34,267 nt of DNA from Sulfitobacter sp. Lineage in GTDB: Bacteria > Pseudomonadota > Alphaproteobacteria > Rhodobacterales > Rhodobacteraceae. Shown piece after piece: positions 9,951 through 18,005 of this stretch. Location of the stretch: NCBI GenBank assembly GCA_041573235.1, contig JBFFQZ010000001.1:1-34267 (forward strand). The letters run 5' to 3'. How positions within the stretch are numbered: the stretch's first letter is position 1; every line of letters starts with the position of its first letter. Under the pieces are notes generated by a model. The model was not told where the DNA came from. It ran no database searches and saw only the letters and a list, made by a program, of their open reading frames with translations. The position numbers and the translations under genes were made by a program.

Positions 9951-10886
9951 ATGAACATTGCATACTCAAGGGTTCTGAAAATCTGGACGCCGTTTCGCGA
10001 CGGCTTTCTTCAGATCGGAGAAACCAACCTTGCGCTGATCTCTGCCGGGGTCGGGTTCTTTGGCATGTTGTCGCTGTTCCCTGCGATTGCCGCATTGATC
10101 GCGGTGCTGAGCCTGATCGTCGACCCCGCCGTTGTCATCGCGCAGTTGCAGGAGATGCAAGGTTTCCTGCCACCGGATGTCTACGAGATCTTCAATGCTC
10201 AGATCGTCAGCCTTGTCACCACGTCCAGCAGCACGTTGGGCTGGGCGGGCGTGATCTCGATCGGAGCGGCGCTTTGGTCCGCGCGGGCGGGTGTGGCCGC
10301 AATGATGACCGGTCTGAATGCGGTCTACGGTGAGAAGAACCGCGCGACGATTTCACATTATATCCGGGCAATCCTGCTGACCCTCACGCTGGTGGGTGTT
10401 GGTGTCGTGTCGTTGCTGATGCTGGTGGTCGTGCCCATCGCGCTGGCATTCTTTCCGCTGGGCGGCGTTGCCGGTATCCTGGCCGAGGCGTTGCGTTGGG
10501 CCATTGCGGTGTCGGTGCTGCTGGCGGGGGTCAGCGTCCTGTACCGCTATGGCACGAACCGGGATGAAAAGGTGCGCCGCTCAATCCGGCCGGGCGCGGT
10601 CGTGGCCGTGGTGTCATGGGCGGCGGTGTCGGCCGCATTCTCGTACTACGTGGCGAATTTTGGCAATTACAACCAGATCTACGGGTCGATCGGGGCGGTC
10701 ATCGCCATGCTGATCTGGCTCTGGATCAGCAGCTTTCTTATCCTTCTGGGCGCGGTCGTGAATGCGCAGGTGGAAAAACACGTCTACGGCATGCATCTTG
10801 CAGAGGCGGCATCCCCCTTCGAAGAAAGACCATCCGCGCCCCCCGAAGAGATCGTGGACGAGACGTCGGGCACCGCATTGCCGTAG
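9951..10886 (+). CDS. YihY/virulence factor BrkB family inner-membrane protein
   Basis: Multi-TM; SLFPAI, LNAVYG, YYVANFGNYNQIYGSIGAVIAMLIWLW, LLGAVVNA motifs. Confidence 0.92.
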   Translation: MNIAYSRVLKIWTPFRDGFLQIGETNLALISAGVGFFGMLSLFPAIAALIAVLSLIVDPAVVIAQLQEMQGFLPPDVYEIFNAQIVSLVTTSSSTLGWAGVISIGAALWSARAGVAAMMTGLNAVYGEKNRATISHYIRAILLTLTLVGVGVVSLLMLVVVPIALAFFPLGGVAGILAEALRWAIAVSVLLAGVSVLYRYGTNRDEKVRRSIRPGAVVAVVSWAAVSAAFSYYVANFGNYNQIYGSIGAVIAMLIWLWISSFLILLGAVVNAQVEKHVYGMHLAEAASPFEERPSAPPEEIVDETSGTALP

Positions 10887-10895
10887 CTTTTCGCG

Positions 10896-11624
10896 TCAGA
10901 GCAGTGGCCGCTTTCGGTGTGGGCGCAGATCCGTCGTGGCGATCTTGGCCAGGCATTCAAGGTTGTTGATCTGAAGCGTGCGGTCCGACCATGAGGCAAG
11001 CTTTCTCTCCTTGAGCTTGGCCAATGTCTTGTTGGTGTGCACCAGAGACAACCCCAGGGCCTCGGCCACATCCTGCTGCGTATACGGCAGTTCCATGGTG
11101 TTGTTCCTGACCATTCCCAACGCTTCGCCCCGCTGGAAGATCTTCACCATCGCCCAGGCAACCGCTTCGAGTGCGGCGCGCGGCCCGATGCTGGCAAGGC
11201 TCTCGCCCAGGAAATGTTCTTCCATTGCGGCGAGCCACGTGATGCCGAAGGCGCGTTCCGGGTGTTTCCTGAAAAAGCGCCAGAATTCCGATCGGTTGAA
11301 GACGCACAGGCGCATCTGCGTGCGCGCCTCGACAGAATGATCCATTTCGCCCGATAGCGCGGCTTGAAGTCCGATCAAATCGCCGGGGAAAACAAAATTG
11401 ATCACCCGCTTGGTGCGATTCTCGAAATGTCTTTCACGGATGCCCATGCCAGAGAGCGCTGTAAACATTTGCGGAGCGCGTGATCCTTGCGTCAGGATCG
11501 TCGCTCCGGGCTCTACAGGCAGTTCGCCGATCTTGAACTTTTGCATGAAATCAACTTCTTCAACCGAAAGGCGGTGAAAGATAGCCATGTGGTTCAGGTG
11601 GCAGTATTTGCATTGTGTGGTCAT
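10896..11624 (-). CDS. Crp/Fnr family transcriptional regulator
   Basis: cNMP-like domain (FVFPGDLIG) and HTH TQQDVAEALGLSLVHTNKTL; start probably ATG 11624 (MTTQCKYC), ORF track starts at 11681. Confidence 0.88.
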   Translation of the reverse strand: MTTQCKYCHLNHMAIFHRLSVEEVDFMQKFKIGELPVEPGATILTQGSRAPQMFTALSGMGIRERHFENRTKRVINFVFPGDLIGLQAALSGEMDHSVEARTQMRLCVFNRSEFWRFFRKHPERAFGITWLAAMEEHFLGESLASIGPRAALEAVAWAMVKIFQRGEALGMVRNNTMELPYTQQDVAEALGLSLVHTNKTLAKLKERKLASWSDRTLQINNLECLAKIATTDLRPHRKRPLL

Positions 11625-11939
11625 GAAAACGGTACTCTTCAAGATCGTAGTCAATAACTGTGCAGGGCATACGCGCCCCATGAGTGTCCCGCGAATTCTC
11701 CAACAATCTCGGCCGCGTTCTTCCTCTTAGCGCAATATCTGGAAATTCACGATGACATACCCGAGACGATTCTTCATTCATTTATCGGTGAAATGATCAA
11801 TTTGATCGGTAAAACTTGACAGCCGTTCTGACGTCATCGACGCGGCGTCGCCGCGGGCCGCTGTGCATCTGGTCCGCCGGGCAACCCAGTCAGACTTCGG
11901 TTGCTGTCGCCGAGGGCTCACAAGTATTTCTGATGGAAC

Positions 11940-11970
11940 AAAAAATGGCCGACCTGAAAAGGTCGGCCAT
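11940..11970 (-). terminator. Rho-independent terminator downstream of phyR
   Basis: Perfect 11-bp stem ATGGCCGACCT-GAAA-AGGTCGGCCAT (11945-11970) flanked by an A-run giving a U-tract on the minus strand. Confidence 0.85.
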
Positions 11971-12051
11971 TCATGTCGCTTGCGTCCCTCGGCACGGATT
12001 GCGCCGTTGTTCTCGCGCCGGGCCTCTGGGGTCCGCTTTCCTGACCTGATC

Positions 12052-12861
12052 TCAGGCGTGCAGGGTCTCGGTGGACGAAAAGAACATTGCCTGGCTCACC
12101 GCTGAAATGACCTGATCTTCCGTGTAGGGTTTGGATATCAGGAATGCGGGCTCCGGCTTGTCACCGGTCAGGAGCCGCTCGGGGAAGGCCGTGATGAAAA
12201 TGACCGGACGCTGGCCCAGTTCGGTCAACAGGTCGTTGACCGCATCTATCCCCGATGAATTATCGGCGAGCTGGATGTCGGCAAGGATCAGGTCGGGAAC
12301 GTCCGCGCGGCCCAATGCGACGGCTTCGTCGCGGGTCCGGGCGATGCCGGTGATCCGGTGTCCCATGTCGGCGACGATGCTTTCGATGTCCATCGCGATG
12401 ATCGCCTCATCCTCGATGATCATCACCGCCCCCGTCACGCTGTCGGCCATTTCGCGGCGGGCGATCGCGACGAGCTCTTCCGCCTCGGCGCTGTCGATGC
12501 CGATGATCGTGCCGATGTCGGCATAGGAAAACCCTTCGATCGTATACAGCAGAAGCGCTTCGCGGCTGTTGTTGGTCAATCTTGCGAGGTGCTTCTGCGC
12601 TTTCGCCCGTGCCCCGGATTCACCTTCTTCGATGGGTGCCCCGGCGCTGACCCAAATGCGATAAAGGACGCGGAACAGACCTGTCTTGACGTCCGTGCCG
12701 TCCAGCGCGGAGCGGTCGGTCAGGATCGCCTCAAGCGAAGCGGCGGCGTAAGTGTCACCGCTGGTCTGGCTGCCCGTAAGCGCGCGGGCATAGCGGCGCA
12801 GATAGGGGATGAAGGTGCCCAGCTGATCACTGATGTCGGGGCCGTTGGTGTCATCACTCAT
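12052..12861 (-). CDS. phyR: General stress response regulator PhyR (sigma-like domain plus receiver)
   Basis: IPYLRRYARALTGSQ N-terminal sigma mimic; receiver IIEDEAIIAMDI, LILADIQLAD, FITAFPERLLTG, SKPY. Confidence 0.96.
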   Translation of the reverse strand: MSDDTNGPDISDQLGTFIPYLRRYARALTGSQTSGDTYAAASLEAILTDRSALDGTDVKTGLFRVLYRIWVSAGAPIEEGESGARAKAQKHLARLTNNSREALLLYTIEGFSYADIGTIIGIDSAEAEELVAIARREMADSVTGAVMIIEDEAIIAMDIESIVADMGHRITGIARTRDEAVALGRADVPDLILADIQLADNSSGIDAVNDLLTELGQRPVIFITAFPERLLTGDKPEPAFLISKPYTEDQVISAVSQAMFFSSTETLHA

Positions 12862-12889
12862 CCGTACGAGTCCTTTTCTTAAACTTCAT

Positions 12890-12915
12890 GGAACCAAACA
12901 CCAAACCGTCGCGTT
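12890..12915 (+). promoter_or_regulatory. EcfG (ECF15)-type promoter for nepR-ecfG-kinase
   Basis: GGAAC(12890-12894)-N17-CGTT(12912-12915), the established ECF15 consensus. Confidence 0.88.
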
Positions 12916-12922
12916 TGGTTCC
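12897..12922 (-). promoter_or_regulatory. EcfG-type promoter for phyR, overlapping the divergent one
   Basis: Minus strand GGAAC(12922-12918)-N17-TGTT(12900-12897). Confidence 0.8.
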
Positions 12923-12969
12923 GAAACACGGTACAACTTTTCGAAAATAAATATGTGGTCAAAAGACGT

Positions 12970-13128
12970 ATGACGGATCAAGGGCAGAAGAAAGCACGCG
13001 AAGGGGTGATCGACGAGAATCTCCGCCGCGTGTTTGATGAAGCGATGGAAGAAGGCATTCCTGACCGCTTCAAGGATTTGTTGGCGCAGCTGAAAAAGCA
13101 GGACCAAGAGCGGGGGAAAAGTGGATGA
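12970..13128 (+). CDS. nepR: Anti-sigma factor NepR (52 aa)
   Basis: Not in ORF track. MTDQGQKKAREGVIDENLRRVFDEAMEEGIPDRFKDLLAQLKKQDQERGKSG; I..NLR.VF....EE.IPDRF.DLL..L is the NepR core; ATGA overlap with ecfG. Confidence 0.93.
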   Translation: MTDQGQKKAREGVIDENLRRVFDEAMEEGIPDRFKDLLAQLKKQDQERGKSG

Positions 13129-13682
13129 GCGATCAGGATCCGCGCGATGAGCTGGTTGAACACCTTCCGGCAATGCGCGCGTTCGCGATCTCTTTGACGC
13201 GAAACGGCTCCGTCGCGGATGACATGGTTCAGGATACGCTCGTGAAGGCCTGGACCAACATCGACAAATTTGAGCCGGGCACCAACATGCGCGCCTGGCT
13301 GTTCACGATCCTGCGCAATACCTACTATTCGTCACGTCGCAAAACCAACCGCGAGGTGTCCGACGTCGATGGTGTGTTCACCGATAACCTGGCCGAGAAA
13401 CCGGCCCATGACGGGCACTTGCAGATGCAGGATTTCCGCGCGGCCCTTGCCAAGCTCAACGTCGAGCAGCGCGAGGCGCTGTTGCTGATCGGGGCGTCGG
13501 GTTTTTCCTATGAAGAAGCCGCCGAGATGTGCGGCGTTGCCGTCGGCACGATCAAAAGCCGCACCAATCGTGCCCGGGCACAACTGGCAAAGCTGATGGG
13601 CCTGAAAGAAGATGAGGCGATGGAGATGACGGACGACGCCACGATGTCCGTGATCTCGGCATCGAAAATCTCAAGCTTTTAA
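13125..13682 (+). CDS. ecfG: ECF15 sigma factor EcfG (SigT/RpoE2-like)
   Basis: ADDMVQDTLVKAW, GTNMRAWLFTILRN, SYEEAAEMCGVAVGTIKSR; synteny with phyR/nepR. Confidence 0.95.
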   Translation: MSDQDPRDELVEHLPAMRAFAISLTRNGSVADDMVQDTLVKAWTNIDKFEPGTNMRAWLFTILRNTYYSSRRKTNREVSDVDGVFTDNLAEKPAHDGHLQMQDFRAALAKLNVEQREALLLIGASGFSYEEAAEMCGVAVGTIKSRTNRARAQLAKLMGLKEDEAMEMTDDATMSVISASKISSF

Positions 13683-13684
13683 TC

Positions 13685-15406
13685 ATGACGTCCGGTTTTC
13701 TGAGCAACCCGTTCTTCGGCGGTCTCGCCTTTCGGATCCTGCTGTTTCTGTCGCTGGCGATGCTGCCGATCGGCATGATTGCCGTCATCCAGACCCACAA
13801 GATCGCGGATCAGAGCCAGAATTCCGCCGAGCTGTCGTTGATGGCGGTGACTGAACAGGCCGTGTCCATTGAACGGACTGCGTTTCAGGAAGCGCTGGGG
13901 GCGGGGCAGGCGCTTGCGTCGATTGTCAATCTCGTTCGGGATGACCCCGAGCGGTGCTCGAAATTCCTCAATACCTACAAGCAAAGCACGGGCGCTTACC
14001 GTCTTGTCGGGTTTGTCGGGATGGATGGTCTTATGGCGTGTTCTTCCGCCTATGAGATGCTCGATTTTTCCGGCTTGCCAACCTTTTCCGAGGCGGTCGA
14101 GAAGGGGACGCGCACGGTTATTGCCGGCCCGGACGGAACGGCGGCGGAGGAAAAGACGGTTCTGGCGAACGTCCCGGTGTTTGACGAGGGCGCCATGGTC
14201 GGGCTGGTCAGCATCTCCATCGCTTTGAAAGCTCTTGAGGACTCCCGTCACGAGCAACTGGCCGTCGCGCCGGTGTCGATGATCACATTCAACGCCAACG
14301 GCGACATTCTCACGTCCATGCGCACTGCCGAGATCACACAAGGCGAATTGCCCGGTGGCTATGGCCTGAAACAGCTGACCGGCCACGAGCGACAGGTCTT
14401 CACGGCGGCGAACGGTCTGGATGAACAGCGGGTCTATGCGGTGATCCCGCTCATTTCCGGTACGGTCTACGCGATGAGCGTCTGGCCGGTCGATACACCG
14501 CTTCTGGAGACGGATTTTTCCGGTCGGCTGTCTTCCCTGCTGCCTGTCGTCATGTGGCTTGCCAGTCTGATCGTGGCGTTCTGGGCGCTGAACCGGCTGG
14601 CAATCCGGCACATTCGCAAGCTCGGACGCCAGATGCGCCATTTCGCGATCAACCGGGCGTTGCCGCGCAAGCCATTGGGTGACCGTCTTCCACATGAAAT
14701 CGTTGCCATGGAACAGTCGTTCCTCGGCATGGCGGATTCGATCCTGCAGGACGAAGCCAAACTGGAAGACAGCCTGCGTGAGAAAAACATCCTGCTCAAG
14801 GAAGTGCACCACCGGGTGAAGAACAATCTCCAGCTGATTTCGTCGATCATGAACATGCAGATCCGGCAGGCGCCGACAGATGCAAACCGCGTCGTTCTGC
14901 AACGGTTGCAGGACCGGATCCTCAGCCTCGCCACGGTGCACAAGAACCTCTATCACGACAACGAGATGACGCGCGTGAACGCGGGCGTCCTGCTCAAGGA
15001 AATCGTATCACGCAACCTTGCCGTCGGGCTTGCCGCAGGGTCCGGCATTACGGTGACCGAAGATTACGATACGATCCATATCGGTCCTGACGATGCCGCG
15101 CCGCTGACGCTTCTGGTGTCGGAGGCGGTGACGAATGCGCTGAAATACACGCCCCAGGAGCGGTCGGGCGGCAGCGTCATCGAAGTGAGTTTGAAATACA
15201 CCGGTGAAGAACGCGCCACACTCGTCGTGCGCAACACCAGTGGCGGCGAGGCATCCGAGGATGGTACCGGGCTGGGCTCGCGGTTGATACAGGCCTTTGC
15301 CCGACAGCTGAACGGAGATCTGCGTATCATGGACGAGGGCGGATTTTTCTCGCTCGAGCTGTCGTTCCCCGTGCCGCTCGCCAGTAAACTGATCTACGAC
15401 TACTGA
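13685..15406 (+). CDS. Membrane sensor histidine kinase, HisKA_2 type
   Basis: Two TM segments around a periplasmic domain; LLKEVHHRVKNNLQ H-box, EAVTNALKY N-box, GLGSRLI G-box; 2 nt after ecfG stop. Confidence 0.93.
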   Translation: MTSGFLSNPFFGGLAFRILLFLSLAMLPIGMIAVIQTHKIADQSQNSAELSLMAVTEQAVSIERTAFQEALGAGQALASIVNLVRDDPERCSKFLNTYKQSTGAYRLVGFVGMDGLMACSSAYEMLDFSGLPTFSEAVEKGTRTVIAGPDGTAAEEKTVLANVPVFDEGAMVGLVSISIALKALEDSRHEQLAVAPVSMITFNANGDILTSMRTAEITQGELPGGYGLKQLTGHERQVFTAANGLDEQRVYAVIPLISGTVYAMSVWPVDTPLLETDFSGRLSSLLPVVMWLASLIVAFWALNRLAIRHIRKLGRQMRHFAINRALPRKPLGDRLPHEIVAMEQSFLGMADSILQDEAKLEDSLREKNILLKEVHHRVKNNLQLISSIMNMQIRQAPTDANRVVLQRLQDRILSLATVHKNLYHDNEMTRVNAGVLLKEIVSRNLAVGLAAGSGITVTEDYDTIHIGPDDAAPLTLLVSEAVTNALKYTPQERSGGSVIEVSLKYTGEERATLVVRNTSGGEASEDGTGLGSRLIQAFARQLNGDLRIMDEGGFFSLELSFPVPLASKLIYDY

Positions 15407-15430
15407 GCGCCGACTTTTTCAGCGGGCGCC

Positions 15431-15456
15431 GGAACGAATTTGAACCTGCATCAGTT
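15431..15456 (+). promoter_or_regulatory. EcfG-type promoter for the downstream small ORF
   Basis: GGAAC(15431-15435)-N17-AGTT(15453-15456). Confidence 0.7.
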
Positions 15457-15488
15457 TAATCTCCGAGCACTCGGGAAAGGAGGGCACG

Positions 15489-15656
15489 ATGACGACTGAA
15501 CTCTTTGTGGGCGGCCTCATGATCCTGACGTTGGTGGCGGGGGTCGTGATCGCGATGACATCGACACGCAATTCGACGGACCGCCGGTTTGGCGATGACT
15601 ATCGATCCTCGGTGAAGGGGCAGGGCCAGCGTCGGCCGAGCCGAAAAAGCCGCTAG
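15489..15656 (+). CDS. Small single-pass membrane protein, 55 aa, unknown function
   Basis: Not in ORF track. MTTELFVGGLMILTLVAGVVIAMTSTRNSTDRRFGDDYRSSVKGQGQRRPSRKSR; strong RBS AAAGGAGGG, hydrophobic N-terminus, basic tail, fills the gap up to the convergent gene. Confidence 0.72.
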   Translation: MTTELFVGGLMILTLVAGVVIAMTSTRNSTDRRFGDDYRSSVKGQGQRRPSRKSR

Positions 15657-15657
15657 G

Positions 15658-16218
15658 TCAGAATACCGGTGGCGTCAGCGCGCTGACGATCTCGCACGGA
15701 GCATCGCCGATGTTGCGGAACCGGTGCGGCTGGCGGCTGTCAAAGAGATATCCGTCTCCCGGACTCAGGATCGCGATGGCGTCGCCAACCGTCAGCTCGA
15801 TCTGACCGCGCGTGATGATTCCCGCTTCTTCTCCCTCGTGGGCCAGGAATTCCGGGCCGGTGTCCGCACCGGGCGGATAGGTCTCGTGAAGGACCTGTAA
15901 ATTGTGCGCGCGCGCGTTGCCCAATTGTCGCAGCGACACCCCCTGAGGCCCCTGCGGGGCAAGCTCGGTGAACTCGCTCGCCTTATAGAAGATCTTTGGC
16001 GTGTCGGGGTCTTCGATGGTTGCGAAAAACTCGGCCATGGAGATGGGTATCGCGTCCAGCAAGCTTTTGAGAGAGGCGACTGACGGGCTGGTTTTATCGG
16101 TTTCGATCAGAGAGATCGTGCCGTTTGTCAGTCCCGCGCGACTGGCGAGTTCGCGCTGTGACAGGCCACGCTCGGTACGGATCTGTTTGAGGCGTTGTCC
16201 AATGTCCAATAGATGCAT
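15658..16218 (-). CDS. XRE-HTH plus cupin transcriptional regulator (PuuR/PauR-like)
   Basis: IGQRLKQIR..RGLSQRELASRAGLTNGTISLIE....SPSVASL; HEGEEAG and FDSRQPHRFRN cupin motifs; divergent from gabT. Start uncertain. Confidence 0.9.
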   Translation of the reverse strand: MHLLDIGQRLKQIRTERGLSQRELASRAGLTNGTISLIETDKTSPSVASLKSLLDAIPISMAEFFATIEDPDTPKIFYKASEFTELAPQGPQGVSLRQLGNARAHNLQVLHETYPPGADTGPEFLAHEGEEAGIITRGQIELTVGDAIAILSPGDGYLFDSRQPHRFRNIGDAPCEIVSALTPPVF

Positions 16219-16321
16219 CCTGATGCGGTAGCGCATGGCCCGGTTTAGCGGGCTTCGACGGCGGTGTCTTGCCGAGATGACCACTGCGCGAAAATTTTTT
16301 CAAGCGCTCTCATAATGCTGA

Positions 16322-16360
16322 TTGACAATTAAATTAAACAGGAAGAATGGTTTTTTAAAC
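16322..16360 (+). promoter_or_regulatory. AT-rich gabT promoter/operator region
   Basis: Perfect TTGACA at 16322-16327; TTAAAC repeated at 16334 and 16355 (21-nt period); -10 element unclear. Confidence 0.45.
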
Positions 16361-16406
16361 GCGGCACGATGCGCGTTTGATTTCTTACATTGATGGAGTC
16401 TGCCCC

Positions 16407-17792
16407 ATGGCCAGCACTGCAAAACGCGCAACCCGCAAGGGTGCAAAGACAGCCCCGAAAATGTCGATCGTCGAACCTGCGACGCCCAAGACCTATACGA
16501 ACGCCGAATTGCTGACGCGCCGTGAGGCGGCTGTCCCGCGCGGTGTGGCATCGGCGGCTCCGGCTGTTTTCGCGGCCCATGCTGAAAACGCGGAACTGTG
16601 GGACGTGGACGGAAAGCGTTATATCGATTTCGTCGGCGGCATTGGCGTGCTGAACACCGGCCACCGTCATCCCAGCGTCATCGCTGCTGCGAAAGCGCAG
16701 GAAGACCTGTACACGCATACCTCGTTTCAGGTTGTCCCATACGCCCCTTACATCGAACTGGCAGAGCGGCTGAATGAGCTGGCCCCCGGTGACGCGCCCA
16801 AGAAAACGCTTCTGGTCACCACAGGTGCCGAAGCCGTTGAAAATGCGGTGAAAATCGCGCGTGCTGCGACGGGTCGTCCAGGCGTGATCGCCTTTACCGG
16901 TGGTTATCACGGCCGCACGCTGCTGACGCTTGGCATGACTGGCAAGGTCTCTCCTTACAAAAAGAACGTCGGACCTTTCCCGGCGGATATCTTCCGGGCG
17001 CCGTTTCCGTCCCTGCGCGACGGGATCACCGTCGAGGACGCGATCACTGGCCTGCAAAACCTGTTCCTGACCGATGCGCAGCCCGACCGCGTGGCGGCGA
17101 TCATCATCGAGCCGGTGCTGGGTGAAGGTGGTTATGTCCCCGTTCCGACAGAGATGATGCAGGCCCTGCGCGAGATTTGCGACCAGTACGGCATCCTGCT
17201 GATTGCTGATGAAGTGCAGGCAGGCTTTGGCCGGACGGGCACATGGTTCGCGATCGAACATTCCGGCGTGGTTCCGGATCTGATCACCGTGGCGAAATCC
17301 ATGGCCGGCGGCTACCCGTTGGCCGGCGTGATCGGGCGGTCGGACGTCATGGATGCGATGGAACCCGGTGGACTTGGCGGCACCTATGGCGGCAACCCCG
17401 TCGCCTGCGCCGCAGCCCTCGCGGCCATCGACGCGATCGAGGACGAAGAGCTGCTGTCTCGGTCCACTGCAATGGGCGACAAGCTGAAGGCGCGCTTTGC
17501 CGAGATCGGTGCGCGGGCTGCGCCCTACCGGATGTGGGACATTCGCGGCATCGGCGCTATGGTCGCAGTCGAATTCGTCACCGATTTCGAAAGCGCGGCA
17601 CCGGATACGGCCCTTACCAAGCGTGTCATCGCACATGCGCTTGAGCGCGGTCTGCTTCTGCTGAGCTGCGGCATGCACGGCAACTCCGTGCGCGTGATGG
17701 TCCCGCTGACCGCCTCGGACGAGATCGTGGACGAAGGTCTTGCCATCTTTGAAGAAGCGCTGGTTGCCGCAGTCGCCGAGGGTGTGCTGTAA
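16407..17792 (+). CDS. gabT: 4-aminobutyrate--2-oxoglutarate aminotransferase (class III PLP)
   Basis: AVPRGV, YIDFVGGIGVLNTGH, TTGAEAVENAVKIAR, YHGRT, IADEVQAGFGRTG, AKS, GGTYGGNP; RBS GGAG before ATG 16407. Confidence 0.92.
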   Translation: MASTAKRATRKGAKTAPKMSIVEPATPKTYTNAELLTRREAAVPRGVASAAPAVFAAHAENAELWDVDGKRYIDFVGGIGVLNTGHRHPSVIAAAKAQEDLYTHTSFQVVPYAPYIELAERLNELAPGDAPKKTLLVTTGAEAVENAVKIARAATGRPGVIAFTGGYHGRTLLTLGMTGKVSPYKKNVGPFPADIFRAPFPSLRDGITVEDAITGLQNLFLTDAQPDRVAAIIIEPVLGEGGYVPVPTEMMQALREICDQYGILLIADEVQAGFGRTGTWFAIEHSGVVPDLITVAKSMAGGYPLAGVIGRSDVMDAMEPGGLGGTYGGNPVACAAALAAIDAIEDEELLSRSTAMGDKLKARFAEIGARAAPYRMWDIRGIGAMVAVEFVTDFESAAPDTALTKRVIAHALERGLLLLSCGMHGNSVRVMVPLTASDEIVDEGLAIFEEALVAAVAEGVL

Positions 17793-17814
17793 GCACACCT
17801 TACACAGTCTGACG

Positions 17815-17850
17815 AAAGGCGCGTGCAGGAGACCCTGCGCGCGCCTTTTT
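17815..17850 (+). terminator. Rho-independent terminator after gabT
   Basis: AAAGGCGCGTGCAGG-AGAC-CCTGCGCGCGCCTTTTT, 15-bp stem with one G-U and a U-tract. Confidence 0.88.
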
Positions 17851-18005
17851 GCTTTGCGACTGGTCGTGGGGGGCAACAGGCGAGGGAGTGATGAGAGAAC
17901 CCGTGATCCTGGCGATGTTAGCGACGCCGTGACCGCCGAAAAACGCTGCGCCGTTTTGGGGCGCGGGTCGGCAGATGGACATCGGTCACACCCGGGCCGC
18001 CTGAG

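Noticed and set aside
9646-10095. 149-aa and shorter ORFs in the M20-yihY intergenic region
   Set aside because: Atypical composition and overlap with yihY; the region is more simply a divergent promoter zone. No GGAAC-type promoter found for yihY.
11787-11815. Possible FNR box upstream of the Crp/Fnr gene
   Set aside because: ATCAA and TTGAT half-sites are in the wrong order and spacing for TTGAT-N4-ATCAA.
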